From the NCBI GenBank assembly GCA_951406725.2, contig OX597822.1, positions 118,296,001-118,360,000 of the forward strand: a stretch of DNA of 64,000 nt, given 5' to 3'. The notes under the pieces are model-generated. The model searched no databases. It was not told where the DNA came from and saw only the letters and a list, made by a program, of their open reading frames with translations. Position numbers and translations under genes: made by a program. Shown one piece after another: positions 14,123-27,390 of the stretch. Numbering within the stretch: position 1 is the first letter of the stretch; every line of letters begins with the position of its first letter. Source of the stretch: Octopus vulgaris (lineage: Eukaryota).

Positions 14123-14438
14123 TGACACTCCGTCGGTTATGGCGACGAAGGTTCCAAAGATCCGATCAATGGAACAGCCTGTAGATTAACGTGTAAGTGG
14201 CCAAACACTCTACAAGCGCGCGTACCCTTCAAGCAGTTCTCAAGGAGATTCAGCGTGACACATAATGTGACAAGGCTGGTCATTTGTATTACATGTACAA
14301 CTCAATTTTGACAACTGAGTGAACTGGAGCAACGTGAAATAAAAAGTCTTGCTCAAGGATACAACACGCCACCGGGAATCGAACTCACGACTTCACAATA
14401 GTGAGCCGATTACCCCTAACCACTAAACCACGCGTCTT
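14123..14438 (-). mobile_element. tRNA-derived SINE family D, near full length
   Basis: On the minus strand: A-box TGGTTTAGTGG, B-box GTTCGATTCCC, then tccttgagcaagac. Homologous to 41242-41557 (+). Confidence 0.8.
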
Positions 14439-16039
14439 CTTTTTTGAAATAATCTCTCGTCTGACATTTCTCTACATAGCTGTTTCAACATTGCCAGTAT
14501 GGGACAGCCTGAAAAGGAAGACCACGAGGCATTACTTCGCTATTTTGAATTTAATAATAAACAATCACATACTCATCCCTTACAAAGATCTGTCATCATC
14601 GTTATCATCATTCTCATCACGGTGAAGCAAAAGCACTCTGCGTTTATGGAGGAAGTGCATCGTTTTTTGTGAGTGATTTCCAGTGGTATTAGCAACGCAA
14701 GGGACGTAGCTTCGACCATCAGTTAAACCGTGTTTGAGGATCTTACTTCATTGGGAGGTTACGTTTTCTACTTCACTATATACTATACTATAAAATATGA
14801 AATCGAGAATAGAAAGACAAAAACAAAACAGATCACCCCTCCGGTTAATTTTATTGATTTATATTATTATTTCATCGATTAGGGGTGAGATCAGCAGAGG
14901 TAGAGTGCTAGACAAGTCAGTGTTACATTTAATTTTGTTTCTTTATGGACTGGGGTCGACTTTGATTTTGATCTGTCCTGGGCATACACAATAATTACAA
15001 ATATGTAGAGGTGTTCTTGTTCCATTAATTTGTGACCGAGACCGTTGAAAGAAATCATTATAATAATAATTATTTGCCATTTGAGATGTGTCTGAGATGC
15101 ACTTCAAAAGTTTCTTTTCTTATGTTATTAAAGAATTAGTTACATCATAGCAAGTTTACATGCAAATGTCCAAGGATAATTGCTGCTTTGAAAGATATCA
15201 ACAGCGACCCCAGGGATATCTTCCAAAGATATACACGGACCAAATTACTAAAATGAAAATATTATGGTGTAACAAAGGAAGGCTTCTTTATGTATTGAAA
15301 AAATAATTTATTCGTTACGTTAATAGGAATGGTGTTCAATGCAATTAATGAAAATAATCACATGACACGTAAGAAATTCAACATTTGGACTAGTTTTTAC
15401 ATATCAAATACATATTGGAGTCCTTGGTGTGTCCTCTTCTTCGATCATTCCAGGTTGAACATGCAACAATGGAAAAACAGCTATTTCCACTTTGAGATTT
15501 TGGCGCTCAATTTAGCTGTATTTGTAGGCCTCGCTCGCGGAAAGTTCTCTTCAGACTATAGAACTATCACGTGAACAACGGCTGTTCATTGGATAAAATC
15601 TTGGTTGTGCACGTGATTGAATGTGATATCTTCGTGGCAAAATGCGGGTCGAATCCAATACTACAACAGCATATGTGGAAATTTGTCTATGATTCCATTT
15701 GTAAGTAGTACAATTGGAATGGTAAACAATCGCTTTTTTATTTTTATTGACCTCTTTTATTGCAAGACCGAGCGCAGCTCTATACACTTTGGGTAACCTG
15801 CAGTAGATTGTTTCGGCTGTGTATTATCTATTGTTCTATGCAATATATATATATACACTACTTAATAATGTTCTTGCCTGTGTTGTGTTCTGGAATTTCG
15901 ACAATGTATTTTTTTATCAGCATCTTTTTTTTTTAACCATTTCTCGGGACTGATTTTTGCTTTAGGTCTTCACATACTTTATATCTCTATTTCCATATTT
16001 TCACACTTCGGTGGTTTCTAATTATTAATAGGATCATTT

Positions 16040-16625
16040 TACCGCGCCGAACAGAATGCTTGACGGTATTTCTTCCGGTTTTACGTTCTGAGGTTAAATG
16101 TTGCCGAGGTCAACTACTTTCCAGCCTTTCGATGTTAGCACTGGGGTCGATGTAACTGACTTACCCCTTCCCACTAAACTGTTGGCCTTGTGTGAAAATT
16201 TGAAACTAATATCATTATTGTTTTACTGCACCGGATTTAAAATCCTTGGCGGTATTTCTTCAGGCTTTACGTTCTGAGATCGAAATTCCATGGAGGTCGA
16301 CGTTGCCTTTCAACCTTTCGGGGTCGATGAAATAAGTACCAGATAAGCACTAGGGTCGATGTAATCCATTAGTCCCCTCCTGGAAATGGCAGGCCCTGGA
16401 CCTACAGAAGAAAGGATTAATAATATTATCAGCTTAGTACACTGGAAAAATGCTCAGCGGCATTTTATTTGCCTTTACGTGCTGACCTCAAATTGCGCCG
16501 AGGTCGGCTCTGACTTTCATCCTTTCAGGGTTGACAAAATAAGTTACAGTTAAGCACTGGTGCTGAGATAATCAACTTCCTTCTTCCCTCAAAATTTCTG
16601 ACCTTGTGGCAAAATTAGAAATATT
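16040..16625 (+). mobile_element. Three tandem decayed copies of SINE family B
   Basis: Repeated units of ttacgttctgag...gaggtcgac..gcctttca.cctttc.gggtcga..aaataagtaccag...cactggggtcgatgtaa, separated by short ATT-rich spacers. Confidence 0.75.
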
Positions 16626-16639
16626 ATTATCATTATTAT

Positions 16640-17190
16640 TGAGAGAGCAATGCATGCCATCAAAGTAACATTGGGGTACAAATTATACGAAGCCCAATAA
16701 CCCCATCATGACTACCCGTCTGACAAGGGTACACCAGGCACATGCATCACAACCATACGTGCGCGACGTGATGATCTCATAACAAGATAAACAACGCGTG
16801 ACCTTGCAGGTGAGGCCCATTTAAGATCTTTTCAGGTCGAGTAGCCCATTCCGCTCAAAATGTCCCTGAATAAGGGTTGTTTAAGGATGATGATCAAAAC
16901 AACCATGATTCCAGAGGTGTATTATTCAAACCTCAAAGAATCCCTCTCAACACATGGCTATGATGCTCCTCCACTACTTCTGCTCGTGATCAGAGATGCA
17001 CATATCGTCAGCGACTAAGGGCTATGCTCAAATGGTTAAGGTCAAACAACTGACAAGCAAATCTGTGGTATTGAGCAGAATATCTACTGTAGCCCATCTT
17101 TTATACCAAGACAAAACAATGTACATGATAACACTTCCAATCAGCTAAGATCAGAAGCCAAGAGAGCCTCTGTCTGGTACTGCATCAGGG
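16640..17190 (-). mobile_element. Non-LTR retroposon with (TAA)n tail, inserted in an ATT/TAA repeat
   Basis: Flanked by (ATT)n on both sides. Its minus-strand 3' end (tacccca.tgt.actttgatggcatg.a.tgct.tctc..aataat) recurs at 55100-55200 (+). Confidence 0.65.
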
Positions 17191-18096
17191 AATTATAATA
17201 ATAATTATTATTATTGTTGCTGTTGCTGCTGTTGTTGATGATCTTCTTGCTGATGATGATCATGATCATGATCATGAAATTATAACTATCATTGCTAGCA
17301 CAATCGGTAGAGAACCGGAGAAAATTACCTTAAATTATTTAATTTCGTCTATTTATATCATAACTTCAAATCTGATTGCGTTCAACATTACCTTGTTCTA
17401 TTTCCGGTGGTTATAAAATAATTCCATGTAACATAATGAACGGTCGGTTTAATCGACTGCTTCGTACTCAGAGTTGATGATGTTGTACCCGAGGAAAGAA
17501 AAAATCATTATTTTCACTATTAACATTGTTACTGTTTATATTGTTGGTCAGCATTGTTGCTACTAATGTTGTAATGATTTTTATTAGTGTTGACATTTTA
17601 GTCAGCATGTCTGCCATATTCTTTTATTGGGAAACTTTAATAATTACAAAAATGATTTTAAAAGAAGTGAAATGAAAAGAACGAAATATAAATACCAAGC
17701 TTTTTGTTCTTGTTTATTCTGGAACTGGTTTAGAATACAAAATGTAAGGGAGAAACAAATATTAGAGAGTGTGTGTGCGTAAGTATGCATACATGCCTCA
17801 CTGTGTGTGTGTGTGTGTGTGTGTGTTTGTGTGTAGAGTATACTTCCATCCAACGAGAGCTAAATATCGTTTAATAAACACTGGATTTAAATACAAGCCA
17901 CCATAAGTTTCATGCTCTTATAGCTCAACAGTCGGATGAGCTTCTATGAAGCCTGGAAGGTTGCATAATATTACATGGCACGCCATACAAACTCGTCAGG
18001 CTATTGGTACTTTTAGAATGGGAAAATTAAAGTAACTCACAGTTAAATATTGTGTATATTAAATTACGTGTGTGTGTGTATGTATGCATGTGTGTG

Positions 18097-18133
<37 letters not shown>

Positions 18134-18241
18134 TATTTATAACCTCATTTAATATACCTAAGACGTATATATATATATATATATATATATAAACATATAT
18201 ATATATAATAAATAAACGCGTGCACACCACACACACACACA

Positions 18242-18323
<82 letters not shown>

Positions 18324-19071
18324 CATACATACATACATACATACATACATACATACATACATACATACATACATACATACATACATAGATACATACACAT
18401 GAAACACAAAAATGATAGAAAAGAGCAGCGTGAACTTATTCCTAAGAACCAATTTCGTATAACCTTTAAATGTTGATGAATGAATAATGAAAACAAAACG
18501 AAATGAAAACAAGCACGAACATTTTAAATTCGTTAGAATCGACAATTCCAAAAACGGTAAATTTAACCAGCATCAAAGATAGTATCAAAGAATCGCAGTA
18601 ATTTACAATACCCGTGTGATATTTAAAGCCAAACATACATGTACGTGTGTGTGTGTATGTGTCTGTGTGTCCCACTAACAGACAAAGAATACCGTGCATA
18701 AATAGAATCATGTGACACGTACATTAAACATTCTATTAGAACAGCGGACAGATATAGGTATGGACAAAATTGACAGGGAAATTAAATCGACCAATAGAGA
18801 GAAAAGAAAACAGATGAGATAAAATTGAATCAAATTTGGATCCTAACTAGCTTGTCGGTTTGTGCAGGATAACATTGGAAGATATAAAGAGAGAGAGAGA
18901 AAGTGGAGAAGCGGGGGTGGGTGGGGGTACGGGAAAGAAGGAGAGAAAGAATGAGAGATCGAGTGCTGATAAAAACCAGTGATGAAGAATCAATATGTTT
19001 TAATATGTGAATGATGAAGTCTAGTTTAATGGAATGAGTTTAAAAATCTCATGTGAAAAAAAAATTCTATA

Positions 19072-19543
19072 GCGCAGGCGCGGCTGTGTGGTAAGAAGCT
19101 TGCTTCCCAACCGCATGGTTCCCGGTTCAGTCCTACTGCGTGGCACCTTGGGTGTAATCTACTATAGCCTTGAGCCAACCAAAGCTGTGTGAGTGGACCT
19201 GGTTGACGGAAACTGAAAGGAGCCCGTCGTATATATATATATATACACGTTTTCTAGATCAGTAACTTTTCGTCACTGGAAAAAGGATATAGATATTTGC
19301 ATTGGGACCCCCTTCGCATCGAAGACCGGTGATTGTCGTGCGCTGACGACAAGTAAATATTCAGAAACCCGGGTCCGTGCGTATCACGTCAGGTCGGCGA
19401 TGGGAAGGATGGCTTCTCTTTGCAAATACTGATAGGGCACAGAAAGTGTCAATAGCCAGCTGGAGAAGATGTTCTCCTGGGGCTACAAGCTACAGTAGCA
19501 TCCACCCTTAGTGGTTAGCCACATTTAAGTGGCAAATATACTT

Positions 19544-19626
<83 letters not shown>

Positions 19627-19844
19627 TGTGTGTGTTTTGTGCGTGTATTTTTGTATCGGTGTTTGTCCCCCACCATCGCTTGACAACCGGTGTTGATGTG
19701 TTTACATCCCCGTAACGAAGAGACCGATAGAATAAGTACCAGGCTTTAAAAAAAATAAAGACTGGGGTCGAGTCATTCGATTAAAAAATCCTCCAAGTCG
19801 CTGCCCCAGTATGGCCGCAGTCTAATGACTGAAAAAGATAAAAG
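19072..19844 (+). mobile_element. SINE family A, full length, with about 300 bp inserted in its central (TA)n
   Basis: tRNA-like head gcgcaggcgcggctgtgtggtaagaagc...ggttcagtcc, central microsatellite, tail cagtatggccgcagtctaatgactgaaa. Confidence 0.85.
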
Positions 19845-21543
19845 GTAATATCTTTTTTTCTTTTCTGCTACAGGCAAAAGGCCGGAATTTTTTGTGGGTG
19901 GAGGGTGTTAGTCAATTACATCGATCTCTGTACTTGGTGGGTGCTTATTTTATCGATGAAAGACAAAGCTGACCTCGGCGGTGTTTGAGCCGGAACAATG
20001 CCATATTCTTCCGGCGTTCTAACGATCATAAGATAGCGGTTTCGGTTCCCGGATTGACTGGTACATTGTGTTCTTGTGCAAAACACTTCATTTCACTTTA
20101 CTTGAATTCCAGCAATAGCAGGGAGGTTAACCCTGCGAACGACCGGTGTCCCATTCAGGGGTGGGGAGGAATGTTGCAATCACATTTATATACCACTGAA
20201 ACCGGATAAATGTCCGACCTTCGGAGTCGTAGGGCTCATGACAGACCTAAGTCCTAAACATCAGGTGTCGAACTGACAATAGTTAGAGCGTCTTGCAGCT
20301 CTTTACGTTCTGAGTTCAATTCTAGCTGAAGTCAACTTTGTCTTTCATCCTTCGGAAGTCAATGGAATAAAGTACCAATCGAGCACCGTCATCGATCCGA
20401 TCGACTAATATCTTTCCCTAATTTTGTTAGCCTTGTGCCAAAATTTGAAGCAAGACTTATTATGGAGGTGAGTGATAGCTTCGATAGCGCGGTGGTTCTC
20501 TCTTGTTTATAAATTCAAATCCAACGTTATCGTCCGTATCCTCACAAAAGAATTATTGTAAAAGCAACAATTGTAAGATTATAACAAGAGCAACGATCCT
20601 AAGATTACAAAGTAGTTTGCTAGATTACGATGTTGAGCTGAATATCTTCCATAGATATCCAGTTAGAAGCGGATTATCCCACTGTTCTCGTTTTGGAATC
20701 AGTTTAGTTTATCACTTATTGACACATATCATCAATAAAAGAAAAAAAGAATTCAATTCTAACAAGAGAAAGATCAGCAGACAACACCACTGCGCTACAA
20801 CTCTAGTACTACAAACCAACAAAGCGGGGAAGGGGTTCTGTATGATCGAAGGACCTGATGAAAATAGCAGCCAAATCTTCCTCAAATCACACCGCCACCA
20901 TTTGAGAAACGACACGTTTGAGAATAAATGATTAAATGTACAGTGAACAGAGAGAACAAGATCGCTAACACCTATTTATTGTTAATGCAGTCAAGGAGAC
21001 TCAAACCCGAATATATCAATCGCTGTTATATTTCCTTACTGAAGAACTGCTTTCTGACAAATATATGTTCTTAACACACTTGATTCAATGGGGTGTCTCG
21101 ACGTCCCTGGACCTTAATGAATCGAGGGTGTTATAAACACACATTTTTCAGAAAGATATTCTCTAATGACAAAATATTGAAACAATTAGCAAATTCATTT
21201 TCGAATCTGTCAGAATGCATTAAACCTGAATATTTATGATATTTGATAATGTTATTCTGGATTCCCTGGCCAAAGGGAAAAGAGGAGATATTCAAGGCTG
21301 GAATGCTTTGAAAATGGATCTGTCGCAACAAACACCAGAACCATTAATCATAGTTATGGAGGAAGTTGGCTTCTGTCACCTCGTACGATTTGGCGCATCA
21401 CGACAACGTCCCAGGATTATCGACATTAGAAGCTCAAAGAAATATCTTTCAGACAAGGCATTTCTAAACTGTCCGCAGAGGCAACCTTTTTGCTGAGCAG
21501 CTAACCATGAATGTAGGAGTAGTAGCATTAACGGTAGCAACTA

Positions 21544-21545
<2 letters not shown>

Positions 21546-21617
<72 letters not shown>

Positions 21618-21618
21618 A

Positions 21619-21677
<59 letters not shown>

Positions 21678-21733
21678 CCAGCAGCAGCAGCAGTAGTAGT
21701 AGTAGTAGTGGTGGTGGTGGTAATAGTAGTAGT

Positions 21734-21814
<81 letters not shown>

Positions 21815-21844
21815 GGTGGTGGTAGTAGTACCAGCAGCAGCAGC

Positions 21845-21883
<39 letters not shown>

Positions 21884-21916
21884 GGTGGTGGTGGTAGTAG
21901 TACCAGCAGCAGCAGC

Positions 21917-21958
<42 letters not shown>

Positions 21959-22068
21959 GGTGGTGGTGGTGGTGATGGTGCAGGTCGTGGTGGTGGTAGT
22001 AGTAGTAGTAGTATTGCTGCTGCTGCTGCTGCTGCTGCTCCTGCTGCTGCTGCTGCTGCTGCTGCTAT
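21546..22068. repeat. Compound trinucleotide array (GTA)n/(GTG)n/(GCA)n/(CTG)n
   Basis: About 520 bp of direct repeats with a recurring higher-order unit. Confidence 0.95.
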
Positions 22069-22680
22069 TGGTAGTTGGCAGCAGCAATTGTAATGGCGGT
22101 TTGTGACACTGCTGGCTTTGGATTATTGACGATATCTGGCTGGCCATAAAATCGCTATTGAAATCAAAACCGGTTGATAAATAATTGATTATTTGATATC
22201 AATATTTTTGCTGTTTGTCTCATGTGTTCATTCAATGATTTATTGGCTTTTGCCTTTATTTCACCAAAAAAAAATTACGTCCAGTTAAGAATAGCCGTTT
22301 TAATTATGACGGTCCCAGAGGCAAGCTGTGTGGAGAAAAGTGGTGAAAACTGGATCCTGGAATCTCGGAAATATATCCCTTTTTTTATATTCTGTTACTC
22401 ACTCTGGGAAATCATTGAAGATTATGCGATCTCATTTTTACTTCCTTTTCCTGTATAAACCCACTGTCTTGTGTCTCAGTAAATAAATATTAGCATAGGC
22501 GTGGCTGTGTGGTAAGTAACTTGCTTCTCGGCCACATAGTCCCGGATTCAGTCCCACTATGTGACTTGGCATCTTGGGCAAGTGTCTTCTACTATAGCCT
22601 CTGGCCGACCAAAGCCTTTGTGGGTTGATTTGGTTGACAGAAACTGAAAGAAATCCACCGTGTATGTATATATATATATT

Positions 22681-22876
22681 ACCGCGTGTGTATCGTTGGC
22701 GATTTTCTTTCTCCGTCTTCCCTTCTTTGGACTTTTTCTATATTTCTGATGAAGAGCTCCGCTCGAAACGTGAAATCCTCTTTCTATTCTTTCCCTTCCT
22801 GAGCGTCCAATAATACTGTACTTATTCCACGTCCTCGCGTTGTTGTTTTTTCTTGCTTGTTCATGTTTGGATTAAC
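22681..22876 (+). mobile_element. Penelope-like element terminal repeat with a minimal hammerhead ribozyme motif
   Basis: attt-CTGATGA-a-GAGC-tcc-GCTC-GAAAC-GTG-aaat at 22742-22776, flanked by (TA)n. Confidence 0.7.
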
Positions 22877-22911
22877 TATATATGTGTATATATATGTGTA
22901 TATATATATAT

Positions 22912-23096
22912 AGGAAAATTCACGAAAAAAAGAAACACGAAGACAGGTGATGTACAAACAAACAAATGTATTAGTTTAACGCTCGGGAATTGAAAAAGTC
23001 CTTAACGTTTCGAGCCTATGCTCTTCCGCAGAAAGGAAGACAGAAAGAAACAAGGAGAGAAAAAATGTGTGTAGTGGCTACCGATCTATCATGGCG
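22912..23096 (-). mobile_element. Penelope-like terminal repeat, same family as the 33655-34642 array
   Basis: Minus strand reads cgccatgatagatcggtagccactacacac...cttt-CTGCGGA-a-GAGC-atag-GCTC-GAAACGTT. Confidence 0.7.
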
Positions 23097-25537
23097 TGTA
23101 TGCTTTCATGTCAGTGTTTGCCCCCACCACCACCACCACCACCACCACCACCGCTTGATAATCGGTGTTGGGTGTTTACCGCCCCATAACTTAGCGATTC
23201 GGCAAAAATGACCGATAGAATAAGTATCACGTTTTAAAAAAGTACTGAGTTCGATTCATTCGACTAAAAATTCTTCAAGGCGGAGCCCCAGCATGGCCAC
23301 AGTCTAATGACAGAAACGAGTAAAAGACAAAATATAAAAGATAATTCTTCCATGTGATATAAATCAAAGACGTCTCTTCCTAATAAACAAGGTCCCATAC
23401 CTTGACTTCGATATCACCTCCATCTGAGGGCTCGAGGGCTTTTGTTGCAAACATTCTTACCGCATATCCAATATAGGGATTCTTCTCCCTTCCACCACTT
23501 TCAGAGATCCCACACAAAAGCATGGCCGCTACCGCTTCTTCCGGTAAATTAGCCATTAAAAGAAGAGTGAGTACGATTTCAATCTCTATGACTTCACTTC
23601 ACTGATACCAGTAATGTACTTTGGCGGATATAAGCAGCACATTTGTTGCCTCTCCTAGAATATAGAAACTTTGTACATTCGTCACAAGGAAACTTGTATT
23701 ACCATGATTCCATGGTGGCTGTTTTTATTATTTCTTAAGTAAGTTGTGAATCCTTTAATGATGAATTGTTCTTTAAAAATGTGTGTACATATTCAAAACA
23801 ACAATGAAAAGCTGTTACATAGCCAAAGATCGGGTTTCGGTTCCGTTTTACCACCTTCTAATGAAGAATATATTACATACGATTAGGTGCCATGCTAGAA
23901 CGGTAAAAAGAGGTTAAGGGAATGACTCAACCTGTATTGGAAACATAGCTTTCCAGGAGCTTATCCATCAATCTGCATTGAAAATTTCAGTGTTAATCTA
24001 CATATAAAGTCCCTGATTAAAGCAGCATGTTGGCAGAGACGTTAAAGCGTCGGATAGAATACATTACTTATATCCGTATCTCTACTTTGAGTTCAAACTT
24101 CACAGAGGTCAAGTTTGCTTTTTAGCTTTCAATTTTTTTGGCTGGGTTGATAAATTACTGTCTGGTAATGAGGTTGATTCTTCTTCGTCTCTCATTCCCT
24201 TTGAAAGAAATCGGATTCCTCGGGTTTTAAATACCCAAGGTAGATCAAATAACACGACAGCGCCCCACCGATCCTGTTAGAACTCAAGGGAAGGACTGAA
24301 GGAAACTCGCTAAAATCTATAATGTAGACCAGTTTATTTCTTCAGAAATGGCAAGAAATATTTGTTAAGTTTGCTGAATATTTAGTCTAAGAAACGAAGT
24401 TCTTCAGCTCTGAAGATAACTTCAGAGCTAGAAATCACTTGTGAGCAGCTACCGACGCTCTTCAAAGAACAAACATTTCTCACATTGAAAAACTGCTCTT
24501 GTATCTGGGATTAAACAGCTGCCATGTACAGACATATTCTGAACTATATTTCAAAAATGTCTATTCAACCAATAAAGCTAGTCTCACCCCCACAAATACA
24601 CTAATTCTCTTAGCTGTGTCTTTTCAGTTACAACTGCTGCTGCTGCTGTTGCTACTTCCACGGTTTCCGCTCTTCTAAACGTGCCAATTACGTATCACCC
24701 CCTCCCATTCAAATTCATCTGTGCATCCACTTCTCCCCCCGTTACAGCATTGTTGCTTTTCATTCACCCCCCACTTCACCCCAAACTCCTCTCTAAACAC
24801 TTGCTTCGCAGTTCTCATTTTCTCACATGGCAATTTAACTTGTGTCATTGTATGAAACACTAAGCATTTTTCTTCCTTCTTTTTTTCCTTTTTTACTCAG
24901 CAAATTTTTATTTTAAAGAAAGACACAATCGTCTTTATTTAATTTCTCAATCTAATTTCCATGTCGTAATCAGGATTTATTCCCTTTCTTCTTCTATAGC
25001 TACACATACGTTTTGTCTTGTTAATGTTGCCATCTGTTTTGTAGATAAAACATTAACATTCAATTGCGTTGTCTTTTCTTGCTGTCGCTATTAACGCTGA
25101 TGCTGTAATTGCTTGTTCTTCTTAATAATCCATTTGTTGCTCTCCTATTTTATTACATTCGTAATGTTCTGTTGTTTTCTATTTTTTGTTTTTGTCTTTT
25201 CTTGTTGTTGTTGTTGTTATCGACTTTATTGAAATATATCTAATAACAACTGGTTTATAAGGGTGAGCACTATAATGTAGTGGAATCTTTAGTTCCGATT
25301 TTTTGTTGGAATATTCTTTAACTTCCTTTCATAACACCAATGCCATTACCAAAAATGGTAAGAATTAACGAATTCTCATTTATCTTCCACTTAAACAATT
25401 TCAGTTTTCCTTCCTTTGTAAGGGATTATTGTTATTGTTGTTGTTTCTTTCATTGCCATTTTGTTATTATGCATCTTAATTTCCTTGTTTAGCTTTTAGT
25501 TTAATTATTGATCTGTTTGTCATATGGATACAATGTT

Positions 25538-25582
<45 letters not shown>

Positions 25583-25946
25583 ACACACATACACATATAC
25601 AGATGTAAATAACTTATAGGTAATAGGACGGGAAGATTAGCTCTACCGGTTCTGTGTATGTTACAACTTACGTAACAAGCTTTGCTTTGCTATGAAACAA
25701 CTGTAGTCCGTGTTTTACCTGTTTCATTCCTTACTTTCTTGGATTTTTATCCGCATTTTTTAGAAACTTTCTTTGCTAAACCGTGAGTTGTACGGTAACT
25801 GTCAGCTTATTGAAATCCATTTTGATTTCGATGAGACGAAATGTGTAACTTCCGGTGTTAATAAACTCGTTTAATCGTTAGCTACATATACGCTGGAAGT
25901 TTACTGACTTCCTACTCTTGTTTCCCTGGATCGTACATACTTATTG

Positions 25947-25947
<1 letters not shown>

Positions 25948-25996
<49 letters not shown>

Positions 25997-26372
25997 GTGA
26001 AGTTGTGTGTGTGTGGCAGATTTGGTAGCCTTCAACTAACACTATCTCCTTCGAGACCCTGCAGCGCAAGTTGATCAAAATTGAGAGTATGATAGAAGAA
26101 GGCTTGCTCTTCCTTCCGTAGAAGAACAAATTCAAATTGGACCATGTTAAGACCAAAAATTATTTACATTAAAAAGGTGCTTTTTTTTCTATGAAAATCC
26201 CTATTTTTTACAATTTTTTGATTGCTGTGTCACCATTTTTCGGTGTATTTCAACCAGAAAAATGTTCACTTAAAGAGAATAACAAGCTACATAATGCAAG
26301 ATTTTTACTTTTCTAAAATTCCAATTCTAAAGGGTCGAAACAAACCCGAGCAACGCCGGGCGATACTGCTAG
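25948..26372 (+). mobile_element. Non-autonomous Helitron
   Basis: 3' end has hairpin cccgagcaacgccggg, then CTAG (26369-72) followed by T. The 5' part tatataaaggtgaagttgtgtgt matches the Helitron at 39825-40219; the exact 5' end is lost in (TA)n. Confidence 0.8.
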
Positions 26373-26761
26373 TATATATATATCGGGATAAATTATCCAT
26401 ACTAGTTCTTATGCATAGTCGAGGTTTCGGCTAATCACATAAGTAGAAATTAACATCAATGATAGCTTAGCGTGAGCAATCCCATTGTAATTGGTCTCAT
26501 GGGTAAATCTGGATTCGCTTCCCTGGATTATGAATATTTTCGGGAGTGTAAATTCCAAGCAATTACCAAAGAATGTGGAGACTGATAAATCTTCAAATTT
26601 TTTCCTTTTAATGTAGCAGTTAGTTATATAGTATAATTAATTAGTTAAAATGACCGACACGTGTTTCTGCTGTACAGAGTATGTGCAGCTGCATATGTAG
26701 CCCTCAATATTATGCTATACACTTTCAATCATGATCATTCCACAAGCCTGATCTTTAGCGA

Positions 26762-26798
<37 letters not shown>

Positions 26799-27390
26799 TT
26801 TTTAGTATGTTTTTTTTCTGTTACTATTTCCCTGTTATCGTTGTTATTGCCACTGTTTTATGTATATTGTATTACACCCTTTTAGGGTTTGTATTGTTTC
26901 CATCGTAATCATTGCATTGTTTTGCTTTACTTGTTTTTGTTTGTTTTTACCTTTTGTTTTTGTTTGGTTTTGGGGGTGTTTGTTTGTTTTTGTTCCTACA
27001 ACACCTCTTGCTGAACTCCTAATATTGATATTGTATCTATTGTTATCGTGTGAGTTTTTTATTACCGTTATTGATTGTTACATTTCTTTGAGTCACATTT
27101 CTTTCTAAACAACCACCTCATATTCTAAATTCTCTTTTCGTTTTATCAGTTAACATAAGATACCATATGATTGATATTTGATCGTATCTCATTCATTTCC
27201 TATAGTTCCATACTGTTTATACAACACTCCTATCATCTCTATGTCTTACTGTGTCACCAGATTATCATATCAATGTTTCTATCAATATTTTGCCAACTTC
27301 CTTCACTTTCGATGATGTATTATTTATCAAGATACGAATAAATATTGCGTTGGCTTTCTTTCAACTTATCTTTTATGTAACTAATCTAAC

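Larger units (their letters stand above)
22493..23343 (+). mobile_element. SINE family A with two nested Penelope-like terminal repeats
   Basis: Head at 22493-22660 and tail at about 23100-23343, separated by inserts in the central microsatellite. Confidence 0.8.

Noticed and set aside
15300-15810. Coding-looking complex sequence on the minus strand
   Set aside because: Stops in all frames examined and no recognisable motif; probably an old TE fragment.
21464-22147. 227-aa poly-Thr ORF and 199-aa poly-Val ORF
   Set aside because: Trinucleotide microsatellite open on both strands, with no splice or domain support.
23522-23572. Mini-ORF MAATASSGKLAIKRR ending at a GTGAGT donor, as a candidate first exon
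   Set aside because: Phase 0 donor is incompatible with the phase 1 acceptor at 28139, and it lacks TM1.
24406-24429. 10-bp-arm palindromes here and at 53138-53158
   Set aside because: Short and isolated, with no supporting context.
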